A stretch of 60,318 nucleotides of DNA, counting the filler. It is 3 parts of 3 records of this genome, joined end to end, with 100 filler letters (N's around TTAATTAATTAA, not from the genome) between each part and the next. Parts side by side here need not be neighbours in the genome. Positions count along the whole stretch, not along the records: positions 29,037 to 50,003 come from SRR31156797_3464; positions 50,104 to 60,318 come from SRR31156797_3465; 1 more part is not named here. One strand, given 5' to 3'. Position 1 is the stretch's first letter, and each line of letters begins with the position of its first letter. Positions 47,650 through 57,406 of this stretch are shown here, one piece after another. Made by a program: the position numbers and the translations under genes. The notes below the pieces were generated by a model that did no database searches, was not told where the DNA came from, and saw nothing but the letters and a program-made list of their open reading frames with translations.

Positions 47650-48491
47650 TGAAAGATTTAATCAATATAGCAATTCAAGCATCAGTGGATGCAGGTAAAG
47701 AGATTATGCAGATATATCGTACCGGAGATTTTGGTATCGAGAAAAAAGCAGACAACTCTCCATTGACGTTGGCAGATAAAGCCGCGCATCATAAAATAAT
47801 GGAATACTTGGAGAAGACACAAATTCCAATTTTAAGTGAAGAAGGTAGCTTACATGATTACAGCGAGCGCCAAAATTGGTCGAAATTATGGATTGTGGAT
47901 CCTTTGGATGGAACAAAAGAGTTTGTAAAAAAGACAGGAGAATTCACTGTGAATATTGCTTTAATTGAAAATAACTTTCCGGTAGGAGGAGTGGTTTTTG
48001 TACCAGCAGAGAAGACCCTTTATTACGGAAGTGAAGAAGGTGCATTTAAAGCTATACTTTCTGATAACTGGGAAAATGAAGCAGAAGTTAAAACTCTTGA
48101 AACACAAAAACTACCGTTGCAAAACGAAAGTCAATCACTTAAAATTGTTGCCAGCGTAAGTCATTTGTCTCAGGAAACAGAAGATTTTGCAAATATTTTA
48201 AAAGAAAAATATGGAGATACAGAGTTTATGTCTGTTGGAAGCTCTATTAAAATATGTAAGGTAGCCGAAGGTAGTGCAGATATCTATCCTCGTCTTGGTC
48301 CAACCATGGAGTGGGATACAGCGGCAGGACAAGCTGTGGCTGAAGCAGCTGGAGCTATAGTGATGAACTGGAATTCTCAAAAGCGATTTGATTATAATAG
48401 AAAAGAATTGTTGAACAACTGGTTTGTTGTTGCTGGTAAAAGGTTTACAGAGACAGAATTAGCTGAATTAATTAAAAATTCAGGATTGTAA
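47649..48491 (+). CDS. cysQ: 3'(2'),5'-bisphosphate nucleotidase
   Basis: SPLTLAD, DPLDGTKEF, PTMEWDTAAG. Confidence 0.93.
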   Translation: MKDLINIAIQASVDAGKEIMQIYRTGDFGIEKKADNSPLTLADKAAHHKIMEYLEKTQIPILSEEGSLHDYSERQNWSKLWIVDPLDGTKEFVKKTGEFTVNIALIENNFPVGGVVFVPAEKTLYYGSEEGAFKAILSDNWENEAEVKTLETQKLPLQNESQSLKIVASVSHLSQETEDFANILKEKYGDTEFMSVGSSIKICKVAEGSADIYPRLGPTMEWDTAAGQAVAEAAGAIVMNWNSQKRFDYNRKELLNNWFVVAGKRFTETELAELIKNSGL

Positions 48492-48623
48492 AACAAGGAA
48501 ATAAAATGTCGAATTATCCATGTTTTGGGTTAATATAGTAATAACTTGTTTTATTAAAGTGTTAATTAATAGCAAACTGTTATATAACAAGATTTATAAC
48601 GTCCGAATCATCAATTAATTTTC

Positions 48624-48631
48624 TATATTTG
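48624..48631 (+). promoter_or_regulatory. Bacteroidota -7 element upstream of pgk
   Basis: TATATTTG. Confidence 0.5.
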
Positions 48632-48744
48632 TGGTCTCAAAAATCAGAGCTCTTATTTGTACCTGATTAAGCATCTTCGGCAACACTTTTAGAGGTGCAA
48701 TTAGATTTTAAAACATTTATTATAAACCATATAATATTATTGAC

Positions 48745-49920
48745 ATGCCTGCAATTGATACTTACAATTTTTCAGGAAAAAAGGCAATTATCCGCGTAGA
48801 TTTTAACGTGCCTTTAAACGATCAATTCGAGATTACTGATGACACTCGTATTGTAGCTGCTTTACCAACTATCAAAAAAGTGTTGGCTGATGGCGGTGCA
48901 GTAATCTTAATGTCTCACTTAGGTCGTCCAAAAGGTGAGGTTCAGGAAAAATTCTCATTAAAGCACGTTGTAGCTCATTTATCAGCAAAATTAGGTGTTG
49001 ATGTAAAAATGGCTCCAGACTGTGTTGGAGAAGAAGTAAAAGCAATGGCTTCTGACCTTAAAATGGGAGAAGTAATGTTACTTGAAAATTTACGTTTTCA
49101 TAACGAAGAAACTAAAGGTGACGAAGCATTTTCTAAGCAATTAGCTGAATTAGCTGATGTATATGTAAATGATGCATTTGGTACTGCACACCGTGCACAC
49201 GCATCTACCACTATTATTGCTCAGTTTTGTGAGGAAAAAATGGCTGGTTACCTATTAGATAAAGAAATTAAATTCTTAGGTGATACTGTTGCAAATCCAG
49301 TTAAGCCATTCGTGGCTATCGTTGGTGGCGCAAAAGTTTCAGGTAAACTAGAAGTACTTAAGTCATTAATCGAAAAAGTAGATACTATCCTTATTGGTGG
49401 TGGTATGGCTTATACTTTCCTAAAAGCACAAGGACACAATATTGGAGGTTCTTTAGTAGAGGATGATTTGATTGATACTGCAAAACAAATTTTAGCTGAT
49501 GCTGATGCTAAAGGAGTTAATTTTATGTTACCTGTAGACAACTTAGCGGCTGATAAATTTGACAATGATGCAGATATTCAAGTTGTAGGTGTTGAGATTC
49601 CTGAAGGAAGAATGGCACTTGACGTAGGTCCTAAAACTGTTGAAGCTTATTCTGCTGAAATCGCTAAAGCTAAAACTATTGTTTGGAATGGTCCTATGGG
49701 ATGTTTCGAAATGCCTAACTTCTCAAAAGGTACTTTCGGAGTATGTGAGGCTGTAGCTGCTTCAGACTCAATTTCTATCATTGGAGGTGGAGATTCAGTT
49801 GCTGCTGTTAACAAAAGTGGATTAGCTGACAAAATGAGCCACATTTCAACTGGAGGTGGTGCTTCATTAGAGTACTTAGAAGGAAAAGTATTACCAGGCG
49901 TACAAGCTGTTACTGAGTAA
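48745..49920 (+). CDS. pgk: Phosphoglycerate kinase
   Basis: RVDFNVP, SHLGRP, NDAFGTAHRAHAS, HISTGGGASLE. Confidence 0.98.
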   Translation: MPAIDTYNFSGKKAIIRVDFNVPLNDQFEITDDTRIVAALPTIKKVLADGGAVILMSHLGRPKGEVQEKFSLKHVVAHLSAKLGVDVKMAPDCVGEEVKAMASDLKMGEVMLLENLRFHNEETKGDEAFSKQLAELADVYVNDAFGTAHRAHASTTIIAQFCEEKMAGYLLDKEIKFLGDTVANPVKPFVAIVGGAKVSGKLEVLKSLIEKVDTILIGGGMAYTFLKAQGHNIGGSLVEDDLIDTAKQILADADAKGVNFMLPVDNLAADKFDNDADIQVVGVEIPEGRMALDVGPKTVEAYSAEIAKAKTIVWNGPMGCFEMPNFSKGTFGVCEAVAASDSISIIGGGDSVAAVNKSGLADKMSHISTGGGASLEYLEGKVLPGVQAVTE

Positions 49921-49943
49921 TTCTTTCTTTAAAGATATAATTG

Positions 49944-49972
49944 AACCCGTAGAATTTTCTACGGGTTTTTTT
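49944..49972 (+). terminator. Intrinsic terminator after pgk
   Basis: AACCCGTAGA/TCTACGGGTT then T-run. Confidence 0.85.
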
Positions 49973-50003
49973 GGTATGTCGGGCATGGTAACGTGCTATC
50001 AAG

Positions 50004-50103
50004 NNNNNNNNNNNNNNNNNNNNNNNNNNNNNNNNNNNNNNNNNNNNTTAATTAATTAANNNNNNNNNNNNNNNNNNNNNNNNNNNNNNNNNNNNNNNNN
50101 NNN
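50004..50103. other. Artificial contig spacer
   Basis: N44-TTAATTAATTAA-N44. Confidence 0.98.
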
Positions 50104-50181
50104 TATCCATTTTTAATGGAGCAACTATGGGTTTAATCTACAATATTAATGGAGATTTTCTAATAAAATCTCCATTTGAAA

Positions 50182-50351
50182 TGGAAGCTGCATAAGTCAA
50201 ATGAAAAAAGGGAGATTGCAGTTCTTCTGGAAGCTATAGACAGGTACAAACTACAGAAGGACTTATACGTTCAGAAGACACAGAAGATGGTTTTGAGATA
50301 GATGAGCGTAAAGTAATTGTTAATCCTGTCTGGAAGTGGCTGCTGGAGTAA
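50182..50351 (+). pseudogene. Frameshifted C-terminal remnant of an AAA+ ATPase (DUF4143-type)
   Basis: KREIAVLLEAIDRYKL, then shifted frame EGLIRSEDTED..IDERKVIVNPVWKWLLE*. Confidence 0.65.
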
Positions 50352-50456
50352 GTGTTTGATAATTTATTCAAGTCGGTTTTTTACACAGCACCAACCAAAG
50401 CAATAATATAAAAAGCCCCTCCAAAATGTGTACCAGAGTCTCATAAGGGAAACACT

Positions 50457-50756
50457 ATGATCAAAAGAGACATTATTCTGGGAAGACTGGATGAACTGCT
50501 TCCGGAGTTGAAAAGGAGCTATAAGGTAAAGGAAATAGGCCTTTTTGGGTCGGTGGTAAGGAATGAATACAAAACCGGCAGCGATATTGACTTCCTTGTT
50601 GAGTTTGAGGAAGGTGCGGATCTTTTTGATCTCTCAGCCCTTGGAATTTTTCTTGAAGATGAGTTCGGTTCAAGGGCGGATATCGTCTCGAAACGTGCTG
50701 TAAGGGATGAATTGAAGAGCCGGATCTTTTCAGAAGTAGTTTATGCGCATGCATGA
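50457..50756 (+). CDS. Minimal nucleotidyltransferase (MNT antitoxin)
   Basis: GLFGSVVRNEYKTGSDIDFLVEF (GS-x10-DxD). Confidence 0.9.
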   Translation: MIKRDIILGRLDELLPELKRSYKVKEIGLFGSVVRNEYKTGSDIDFLVEFEEGADLFDLSALGIFLEDEFGSRADIVSKRAVRDELKSRIFSEVVYAHA

Positions 50757-50766
50757 GGTGGTTTTC

Positions 50767-51105
50767 ATGCGTGAGTACAGGTTGTTTTTGACTGACATTA
50801 TTGAAGCGATTGATGAGATTGAGGAGTTTACTTCAGGAATGGACTTCACTGAATTTCTAAACGACAGGAAAACCAGGAAGGCAGTTGTGAAGAATATCGA
50901 AATCATTGGGGAAACCGCTAAGAATGTGCCGGATGGCATAAAAGTAAATTATCCTGATATTCCCTGGCGAGTAATTGCCGGTATGAGAGATCGATTAGCT
51001 CATGGATATTTTGGAATCTATTAGGGAACCGTGTGGGATGTTGTTGGCAATCGCCTGATTGATTTGAGGGATTCCATTCGGGCAATTCTGCTTGAGATCG
51101 ATTGA
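50767..51105 (+). pseudogene. HEPN/DUF86 RNase toxin interrupted by in-frame TAG (51022-51024); pseudogene or amber readthrough
   Basis: GAGGTG SD; IIGE, IPWRVIAGMRDRLAHGYFG; family-like GTVWDVVGNRLIDL continues after TAG to TGA 51105. Confidence 0.75.
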
Positions 51106-51389
51106 GCAGGACAAAAATTGACCTATCCCATCGGGAATAGAACGGATATTTCTGACTTCAAAGAACATCTTCTAAATTCAACCCTGTTCCCTATAAGTAA
51201 CCTCGACATTGATGATATCAAATTTAAAAACAATTGTTTTATCAATTATCCAAATTATCCATATATGGGTTCATTACTGGCAGATATTTTTGCGGGAATG
51301 ATCAGTGTTTTATTTTTTGTCCATTAAATCCAATTATAGTAGATTTTGCCCGGCAATACTTAAATATTATTGCTTACACAATTATTGTT

Positions 51390-52814
51390 ATGACAATAAA
51401 ATCTGAATTCATAAATCGTAAAGATGAACTTGAATATATTAAGAATGAGTTCTCAAAAAGTGATTTCAGATTTATTTCAGTCATCGGAAGGCGCAGGCTT
51501 GGAAAGACGCGTTTTCTTGAAGAGTTCCTGAAAGGAAAAAAAGGATACTGTTATGTGCTTGTTCCTGAACTGAATTCTCATGATGCCAGAATGGAAGTTG
51601 CCAGGAGTTTTCATGAAAAGTTTGGTATCAGTTATCTGGGGGTGCCTTCGTGGGATGAGATATTTGAAGCTTTGTTCCTGTATTCGCTAAAAGAGAGGGT
51701 TATTGTTGTGTTTGATGAGTTCCAGCGTTTCTCACGAATCGATAACAGTGTTTATTCTTATTTACAGAAAAATATTGACAGATCGGCAGCATCCTCAAAG
51801 TTGTTTCTTGTTGTGTCAGGCTCTTCCATAGGTATGATGCATCAGATATTCGAGTATGCTTCGCCCTTATATGGCAGAAGGACGGGTCAGATTCTTTTTG
51901 ATGCTTTCAGATTTGTTGCTCTGGCAGACTGGTTTCCTGAAATGCCCATGGATGAGAGAATTTATACTTATGCCATTTACGGAGGTACTCCAAAGTATCT
52001 TGAAGAGGCAGAGTTTTCTATTTTAGAGGAAAATATCAAAAAGCTTCTTTTGAGGACCAGTATGTTATATAGTGAACCTGAAATACTGCTTAAGACTGAA
52101 CTAAGAGATAGCAATACATATTTCAATATACTGAAAAATATAGCTTCCGGGATATCAAGGTCTTCAGAGATTGCCGGAAGTTCAGGAATAAAGAACACTT
52201 CAATTGATTATTACCTCAATATTCTGATGAACGACCTTGATCTGGTGAAAAAGGAAAGTCCGGTATGCGATAAGAAGTCATCAAGAAAAGCCATTTACCG
52301 GATAAGTGACAATTATTTCAGGTTCTGGTTCAGGTTTATGTACCCTAATATTTCCGAACTTGAGATCGGAAATTATGGACGGGTACTGGAAAAGACAGAA
52401 GCTGAGCTTGATACTTTTACAGCTCCTGTATTTGAAGACATCTGCAGGCAATTCATGATTGAAATAAACAGGCAGGGCAGTCTTCCTTTTACTTTTGAAA
52501 AGATAGGCAGACAGTGGGGTAAATTCAGAGGAGAGCCTGGAAAGAATACTTATGAAATTGATCTGGTGGCTATAAACTCTGCTGAAAAACAAATATTGTT
52601 CTGTGAGTGCAAATGGCAAAAGCAGAAGGTTGATATAGATATTGTAGCAAGTCTCATGGAAAAGGCAGGACACGTGAAATGGTTCAACAATGAAAGAAAA
52701 GATTTTTTTTCTTTGATGTCCAGATCAGGTTTTACTAAAAAGGCGACGAAATTTGCAAAGGACAATGGTGTGCTGCTTTTTGACCTTAAGGATATTGCAA
52801 AGGTCACAGGATGA
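51390..52814 (+). CDS. Archaeal-type ATPase with C-terminal PD-(D/E)xK (DUF234) domain (likely start ATG 51390)
   Basis: FINRKDEL, GRRRLGKT, FDEFQ, SPLYGRRT, EIDLVA...FCECKW. Confidence 0.88.
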   Translation: MTIKSEFINRKDELEYIKNEFSKSDFRFISVIGRRRLGKTRFLEEFLKGKKGYCYVLVPELNSHDARMEVARSFHEKFGISYLGVPSWDEIFEALFLYSLKERVIVVFDEFQRFSRIDNSVYSYLQKNIDRSAASSKLFLVVSGSSIGMMHQIFEYASPLYGRRTGQILFDAFRFVALADWFPEMPMDERIYTYAIYGGTPKYLEEAEFSILEENIKKLLLRTSMLYSEPEILLKTELRDSNTYFNILKNIASGISRSSEIAGSSGIKNTSIDYYLNILMNDLDLVKKESPVCDKKSSRKAIYRISDNYFRFWFRFMYPNISELEIGNYGRVLEKTEAELDTFTAPVFEDICRQFMIEINRQGSLPFTFEKIGRQWGKFRGEPGKNTYEIDLVAINSAEKQILFCECKWQKQKVDIDIVASLMEKAGHVKWFNNERKDFFSLMSRSGFTKKATKFAKDNGVLLFDLKDIAKVTG

Positions 52815-53761
52815 TATCCTTTTTATGTAAAGGTTATTTGTTCTGCGGATACTGCTGTCCTATATATCGTAAACTTATGCCAGGTTTGCTAAGATCAAGG
52901 CCAAAGAATGCAGGTCTTTTATTCTTCAATGATGAACCTCACCGTTTTTTCAGGGGTGCACAGATAGACGTTGTTGAGTTTGAGGATGAAGTAGGGGATA
53001 ATTTTACAGAACGGATATTCACAGGTCCCTTAAGGCAGCAGATAATATCTGTTCTTTCATATGTAAGGAATAATGTTCTTGTAGAAAATGTCCGGAAGCT
53101 TCCCGGTCAAGCAGAAGCACTACGTTTTTTCAATTATCCCTATGAAGCTTTTGAAGAAGCACTTGTCAATGCGGTTTATCATAAAAGCTATGAGATACAT
53201 GAGCCTGTTGAAGTAAGGATCTACCCTGACAGAATCGAGATACTAAGCTATCCGGGCCCACTTCCTCCTCTTAATAAAGATAATCTTATGGATGAGAAGA
53301 TATCATCAAGAAGATACAGGAACCGTATAATAGGGGATTTCCTTAAGGAACTGCATTTGACAGAGGGAAGAAACACTGGATTTCGAAAGATAAGAAAGGT
53401 TCTTATGAATAATGGTTCCCCTAAACCTATTTTTAAAACGGATGATGAACGAAGCTTTTTCCTGACTGTTCTGAAGATTCATCCCGAGGCCCAAGTTGAG
53501 GCCCAAGTTGAGGGCCGGTTAGAACCCACAGATACACAGATAAAGATATTATCCGGGTGTACCGCTGGTCCGAAGTCTAAAAGGGAGATTGCCGAGATGC
53601 TGGGACATTCGACGGTTTCGGGGAGTATTAAGAAAGCCATGACAGAACTGATAGACCATGGCTATCTGGACAATACCATACCTGATAAACCAAGAAGCAA
53701 GCTTCAGAAATACAGGATTACGGAGAGGGGAATAGAGTTTCTTAAGAGAAGAGTTGAATGA
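52811..53761 (+). pseudogene. 5'-truncated ATP-binding regulator (RecG-C/HATPase_c_4 plus C-terminal wHTH)
   Basis: Homology starts abruptly at PKNAGLLFF; EEALVNAVYHKSY, YRNR.IGDFLKEL.LTEGRNTG, IPDKPRSKLQKY; no AlbA-like N-terminus. Confidence 0.6.
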
Positions 53762-53859
53762 GGATCATTGTTTGTGGAATGTTGTGTTATTCTTTTAAAT
53801 GGTTGATATGGTCATATTTTTGATGGGGGCATAAGTTTTCTTTTCTTTTCAGTGGTGAT

Positions 53860-53887
53860 GGACTGCGCCGCCTGCGGCGGATACTTA
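53860..53887 (+). repeat. 28-bp palindromic repeat, copy 1
   Basis: GGACTGCGCCGCCTGCGGCGGATACTTA. Confidence 0.75.
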
Positions 53888-53902
53888 TTTTGTTTCTGTG
53901 CA

Positions 53903-54478
53903 TTATCCTTTGTCATGCACATTACCTGAAAAAGGATCTGCTGATTCGGTTGATTCGAGTCCCTTTATTATTGGATACATGTTCAAGTAGAGTACAGGGT
54001 AATCTCTATTTATTGTCTCTTTTACAAGCTTGAATCCATGCTTTGTGTAGAAACTCAGGGACTCGGGTTTTGTGTCTACTGTGATATACCTGCAGCCAGT
54101 GATCTCAGATACTTTCTGGGTCAAATATATTGCAATATGTAACATATATGATCCCACGCCCCTGCCTTCAATATCTTTATGAGTGGCAAGTCTTGCAAGT
54201 TTTACGGCCGGGTATTTAGAATAAGGGAAATCGTCCACACAATCTTTATCATCTATTGATCTGACCTGTATTGTATCCGTGGTTAATGTAAAATATCCTG
54301 CTAGCTTATCCTGATAGTAACAAACGTAGGTTTTACTGATGAGTTGCTCCTGATCGTAGCAAGCATCATTTTTTAAAAAGTCGTTCAAATCCTTGTTTGA
54401 GCTGCAAAATGATGAAATATTATTTTCCCGGGAAAGCGGATAGGTGACAATCTCAAGGTCCGGTATTCTGCGCTTCAA
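53903..54478 (-). CDS. GNAT acetyltransferase, toxin-type
   Basis: FCSSNKDLNDFLK, PAVKLARLA..EGRGVG, GCRYITVD, FYTKHGF. Confidence 0.88.
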   Translation of the reverse strand: MKRRIPDLEIVTYPLSRENNISSFCSSNKDLNDFLKNDACYDQEQLISKTYVCYYQDKLAGYFTLTTDTIQVRSIDDKDCVDDFPYSKYPAVKLARLATHKDIEGRGVGSYMLHIAIYLTQKVSEITGCRYITVDTKPESLSFYTKHGFKLVKETINRDYPVLYLNMYPIIKGLESTESADPFSGNVHDKG

Positions 54479-54480
54479 AA

Positions 54481-54624
54481 TTATAACCTGATTGTGCGCG
54501 CAAGCTCTTTTGCATGTTTAAACATTTCAATCTGCTGTTTGGTTGCCGGCTTTTTTTCGTTTTCCCAGAATTCCTTTGCGTCTTCGCCTTCCAGAACCAG
54601 ACCAAGCTCTATAGGTTTTGCCAT
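54481..54624 (-). CDS. 47-aa putative antitoxin (not in ORF track)
   Basis: MAKPIELGLVLEGEDAKEFWENEKKPATKQQIEMFKHAKELARTIRL, ending 2 nt before the GNAT start. Confidence 0.7.
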   Translation of the reverse strand: MAKPIELGLVLEGEDAKEFWENEKKPATKQQIEMFKHAKELARTIRL

Positions 54625-54836
54625 AATCTTTATTTCCTGTTTTTCTTTATTGGTATTTGTTTTAATTACGTATATATCTTGCTTTCCTTCTCATGTAAAT
54701 ATTATTTGTAGACAGTGTCAGGCCTCAGGTGTTTTTATGGAATAAAGAAGAGATCTCGGATTTTTGGTTTAAATTTCGAGTTTGCTTCCTTTATCCGATA
54801 ATTACGTTTTTTCTGTTTTTGCATTTTAGCAGTATC

Positions 54837-54864
54837 GGACCGCGCCGCCTGTGGCGGATGCTTA
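54837..54864 (+). repeat. 28-bp palindromic repeat, copy 2
   Basis: GGACCGCGCCGCCTGTGGCGGATGCTTA. Confidence 0.75.
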
Positions 54865-55221
54865 CACCGGTACCATATACAAATAATCTGATCTCCCAAT
54901 TCCCCACCCTTTCTGTATATGACCCACAGTAAACTTTAATTTAACCTGCAGCCATATTTTTTAAACTATTATCTGTATTATTATTTTTTTAAAATGTACA
55001 TTCGCACTCATACGAACGTTTAATTAATATTTTGCAACGGTTATATTTGTTTATTATTATAAATTGATTTCCTGATTAAATTAGTAACTTTTATATGTCA
55101 TCGCGTTTCTTTAAACTGTATAACGAATATATGTAACGCACATATACTGGAAAGAAGCACTCTGTATTGTGTTTCCTATCCGGAACATGCGCACAGCAAA
55201 CAGTAAACGTGGTGGTGTACG

Positions 55222-56112
55222 ATGACAATAGCAGCTGCAATACCAGCTTTTAATGAAGAGGTCGCTCTGGGTAGCGTTATAGCCAGGGCTAAGCAGCATG
55301 TGGATGAAGTTCTTGTCATAGATGACGGCAGCGCCGATAAAACAGCTCAAATAGCCGAACTCATGGGAGCCACCCTGATACGCCACGAACAAAACTCCGG
55401 CAAAGGCACAGCCCTTAGAACAGCCTTCCGCTGGGCCCAACACAAAAAAATCGATATTTTAGTTACCCTTGATGCCGACGGCCAGCACTGCCCCGATGAA
55501 ATTCCAACTCTGGTGGACCCCATCCTCTGGAAAAAAGCAGACGTCGTCAACGGCGCCAGATTCCTTAAAGGCCATTGCATAGAAGCACCAAAATACCGCC
55601 GCTTAGGCCAGGAAGTCCTCACCTTAGCCACTAACCTGACCGCAGACGTCAAGCTAAACGACTCCCAGAGTGGTTTCAGGGCTTTCTCCAAAGAAACCTT
55701 CGGAGTCTTCAAGTTCAATAACGCCGGCATGGGCGTTGAGTCTGAGATGATCCATGATGCTGCAGCGGCTGGATTTACTATTACTGAAGTGCCGATTACC
55801 TGCAGGTATGATGTTGAAGGATCGACGTTTAATCCTGTGCAGCATGGGGTGAAGGTTTTAAATTCTATTGTGACGCAGTTTCAGAGGAAGCATCCTTTGT
55901 TGTATTTTGGAGTGCCTGGGTTTGTTTTGTTTATAGTTGGATTTTTATTGGCGTTTCACACGCTTTTAATTTTCCAGGCTACAGGTGCATTTGCAATTGG
56001 TACTTCTCTGGTGGCAATGACAGCTGCAATGCTGGGGAGTTTTGGAATGTTCAGCGGATTAATATTGAATTCATTAGCTCTCTTCATTAGTGATGTAAAA
56101 AAAGCTGACTAA
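55222..56112 (+). CDS. GT2 glycosyltransferase (DPM-synthase-like) with two C-terminal TMs
   Basis: IPAFNEE, IDDGSAD, LDADGQH, DSQSGFRAFS. Confidence 0.9.
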   Translation: MTIAAAIPAFNEEVALGSVIARAKQHVDEVLVIDDGSADKTAQIAELMGATLIRHEQNSGKGTALRTAFRWAQHKKIDILVTLDADGQHCPDEIPTLVDPILWKKADVVNGARFLKGHCIEAPKYRRLGQEVLTLATNLTADVKLNDSQSGFRAFSKETFGVFKFNNAGMGVESEMIHDAAAAGFTITEVPITCRYDVEGSTFNPVQHGVKVLNSIVTQFQRKHPLLYFGVPGFVLFIVGFLLAFHTLLIFQATGAFAIGTSLVAMTAAMLGSFGMFSGLILNSLALFISDVKKAD

Positions 56113-56125
56113 AAGGGGATTTGAC

Positions 56126-57406
56126 GTGGATACGCAAAAAACGGCGAGCGATTTCTTGAGGATACTAGTTATTTCTCAGCATTTTCCCCCTGAAAGGTCA
56201 GGTAATGCATCACGCATATCTGACATGGTAAAATACCTTGCCAGAGATGATTGTGATGTAACGGTGTTAGCTCCACATCCCAGTTTTCCACATGGTTCAT
56301 TTGATAAGGACTGGAGCTTGTCCCGGAAAAGTATAGTTGATGGTGTCAAATTAGAAAATTTATTCTCATGGCAACCAGGTTCAAAAGATCCCGGATTTAT
56401 TGCTAGAATGGCATATTATTTATCATTCCCATTCCATGCTATTCTCTGGACAACTATTCACCACAAACGTTTCGATATAATTATAACTTCAGCTCCTCCG
56501 ATCTTCACTGGTTTTGCAGGTCTGTCTTCCAAGTTACTCTTTAAGAAGAACTGGGTAATGGATGTACGTGACCTGTGGATAAATGCTTCAATTTCATTGG
56601 GTTTCCTTAAAAAGGGATCTTTTTTTGAGAAAATTAGCAGGATGTATGAACAGGCCTGTTATTCAAGGTCTGATATTATTAGTGTAACAACCCAGGAATT
56701 AGGAGAGGACATAGTACGAACCTACAAAAATATCAGCCCTCTTAAGGTAAAAGTGGTTCCTAACGGTGTTGATACTGCTTTCTTCTATCCGATGCAGGAA
56801 GAGAAAAAGAACCAGATAATTTATGCAGGCAATATAGGACACGCACAGGACTTAGAGAATGTTATTCTTGCTATGAAAAAGATAAACGAGTCCTATCCTT
56901 TAAAGTTTATTATTGCCGGGGATGGCGATATTAAGAAAGATCTGGAGGAAGTAGTTCAGAATAACGACCTCGAAGAATTCGTAGAATTTCCAGGTCTTTT
57001 GCCAAGGGAGAATATCCCTAAAATGTTCAGTGAATCCCTTATAGGAATTGCCCCTCTTAAAAAAATGAAGACTCTGGAATATGCAGTGCCTACAAAAGCT
57101 TATGAGTATATGGCATGTGGAATACCATTTGTAGGTTCCGGTGAAGGAGAGATCAGGAAACTTGCAGAAGCTTCCGGTGGAGGGATCATATCGGAGAATT
57201 CACCAGAGGATTTTGCTGATAGTATAATAGAGCTACTTTCCGATCCTGCCAGAATGGAATGTATGAGTAAAGATGGCAGGGAATTCGTTGAAAAACATTA
57301 CAGCAGGCAGCAGATAGCATCAGGTCTTAAAAGTAACATCTGCGATATCTCTGCAATTACGAGCAATCAAAGTATTAAAGGTAAAGGCTATGCAGAATCT
57401 GAATGA
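56126..57406 (+). CDS. Glycosyltransferase family 4 (WbuB-like)
   Basis: SQHFPPE, DVRDLW, YAGNIGHAQDL, PTKAYEYMACG. Confidence 0.88.
   Translation: MDTQKTASDFLRILVISQHFPPERSGNASRISDMVKYLARDDCDVTVLAPHPSFPHGSFDKDWSLSRKSIVDGVKLENLFSWQPGSKDPGFIARMAYYLSFPFHAILWTTIHHKRFDIIITSAPPIFTGFAGLSSKLLFKKNWVMDVRDLWINASISLGFLKKGSFFEKISRMYEQACYSRSDIISVTTQELGEDIVRTYKNISPLKVKVVPNGVDTAFFYPMQEEKKNQIIYAGNIGHAQDLENVILAMKKINESYPLKFIIAGDGDIKKDLEEVVQNNDLEEFVEFPGLLPRENIPKMFSESLIGIAPLKKMKTLEYAVPTKAYEYMACGIPFVGSGEGEIRKLAEASGGGIISENSPEDFADSIIELLSDPARMECMSKDGREFVEKHYSRQQIASGLKSNICDISAITSNQSIKGKGYAESE

Noticed and set aside
51118-51389. ORF 51118-51327 and the long N-terminal extension of the ATPase
   Set aside because: ATPase homology starts at ATG 51390; the upstream DNA holds a TATA-like promoter
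54494-54932. Plus-strand ORFs 54494, 54514 and 54729
   Set aside because: No protein-like features; the first two overlap the more plausible minus-strand antitoxin
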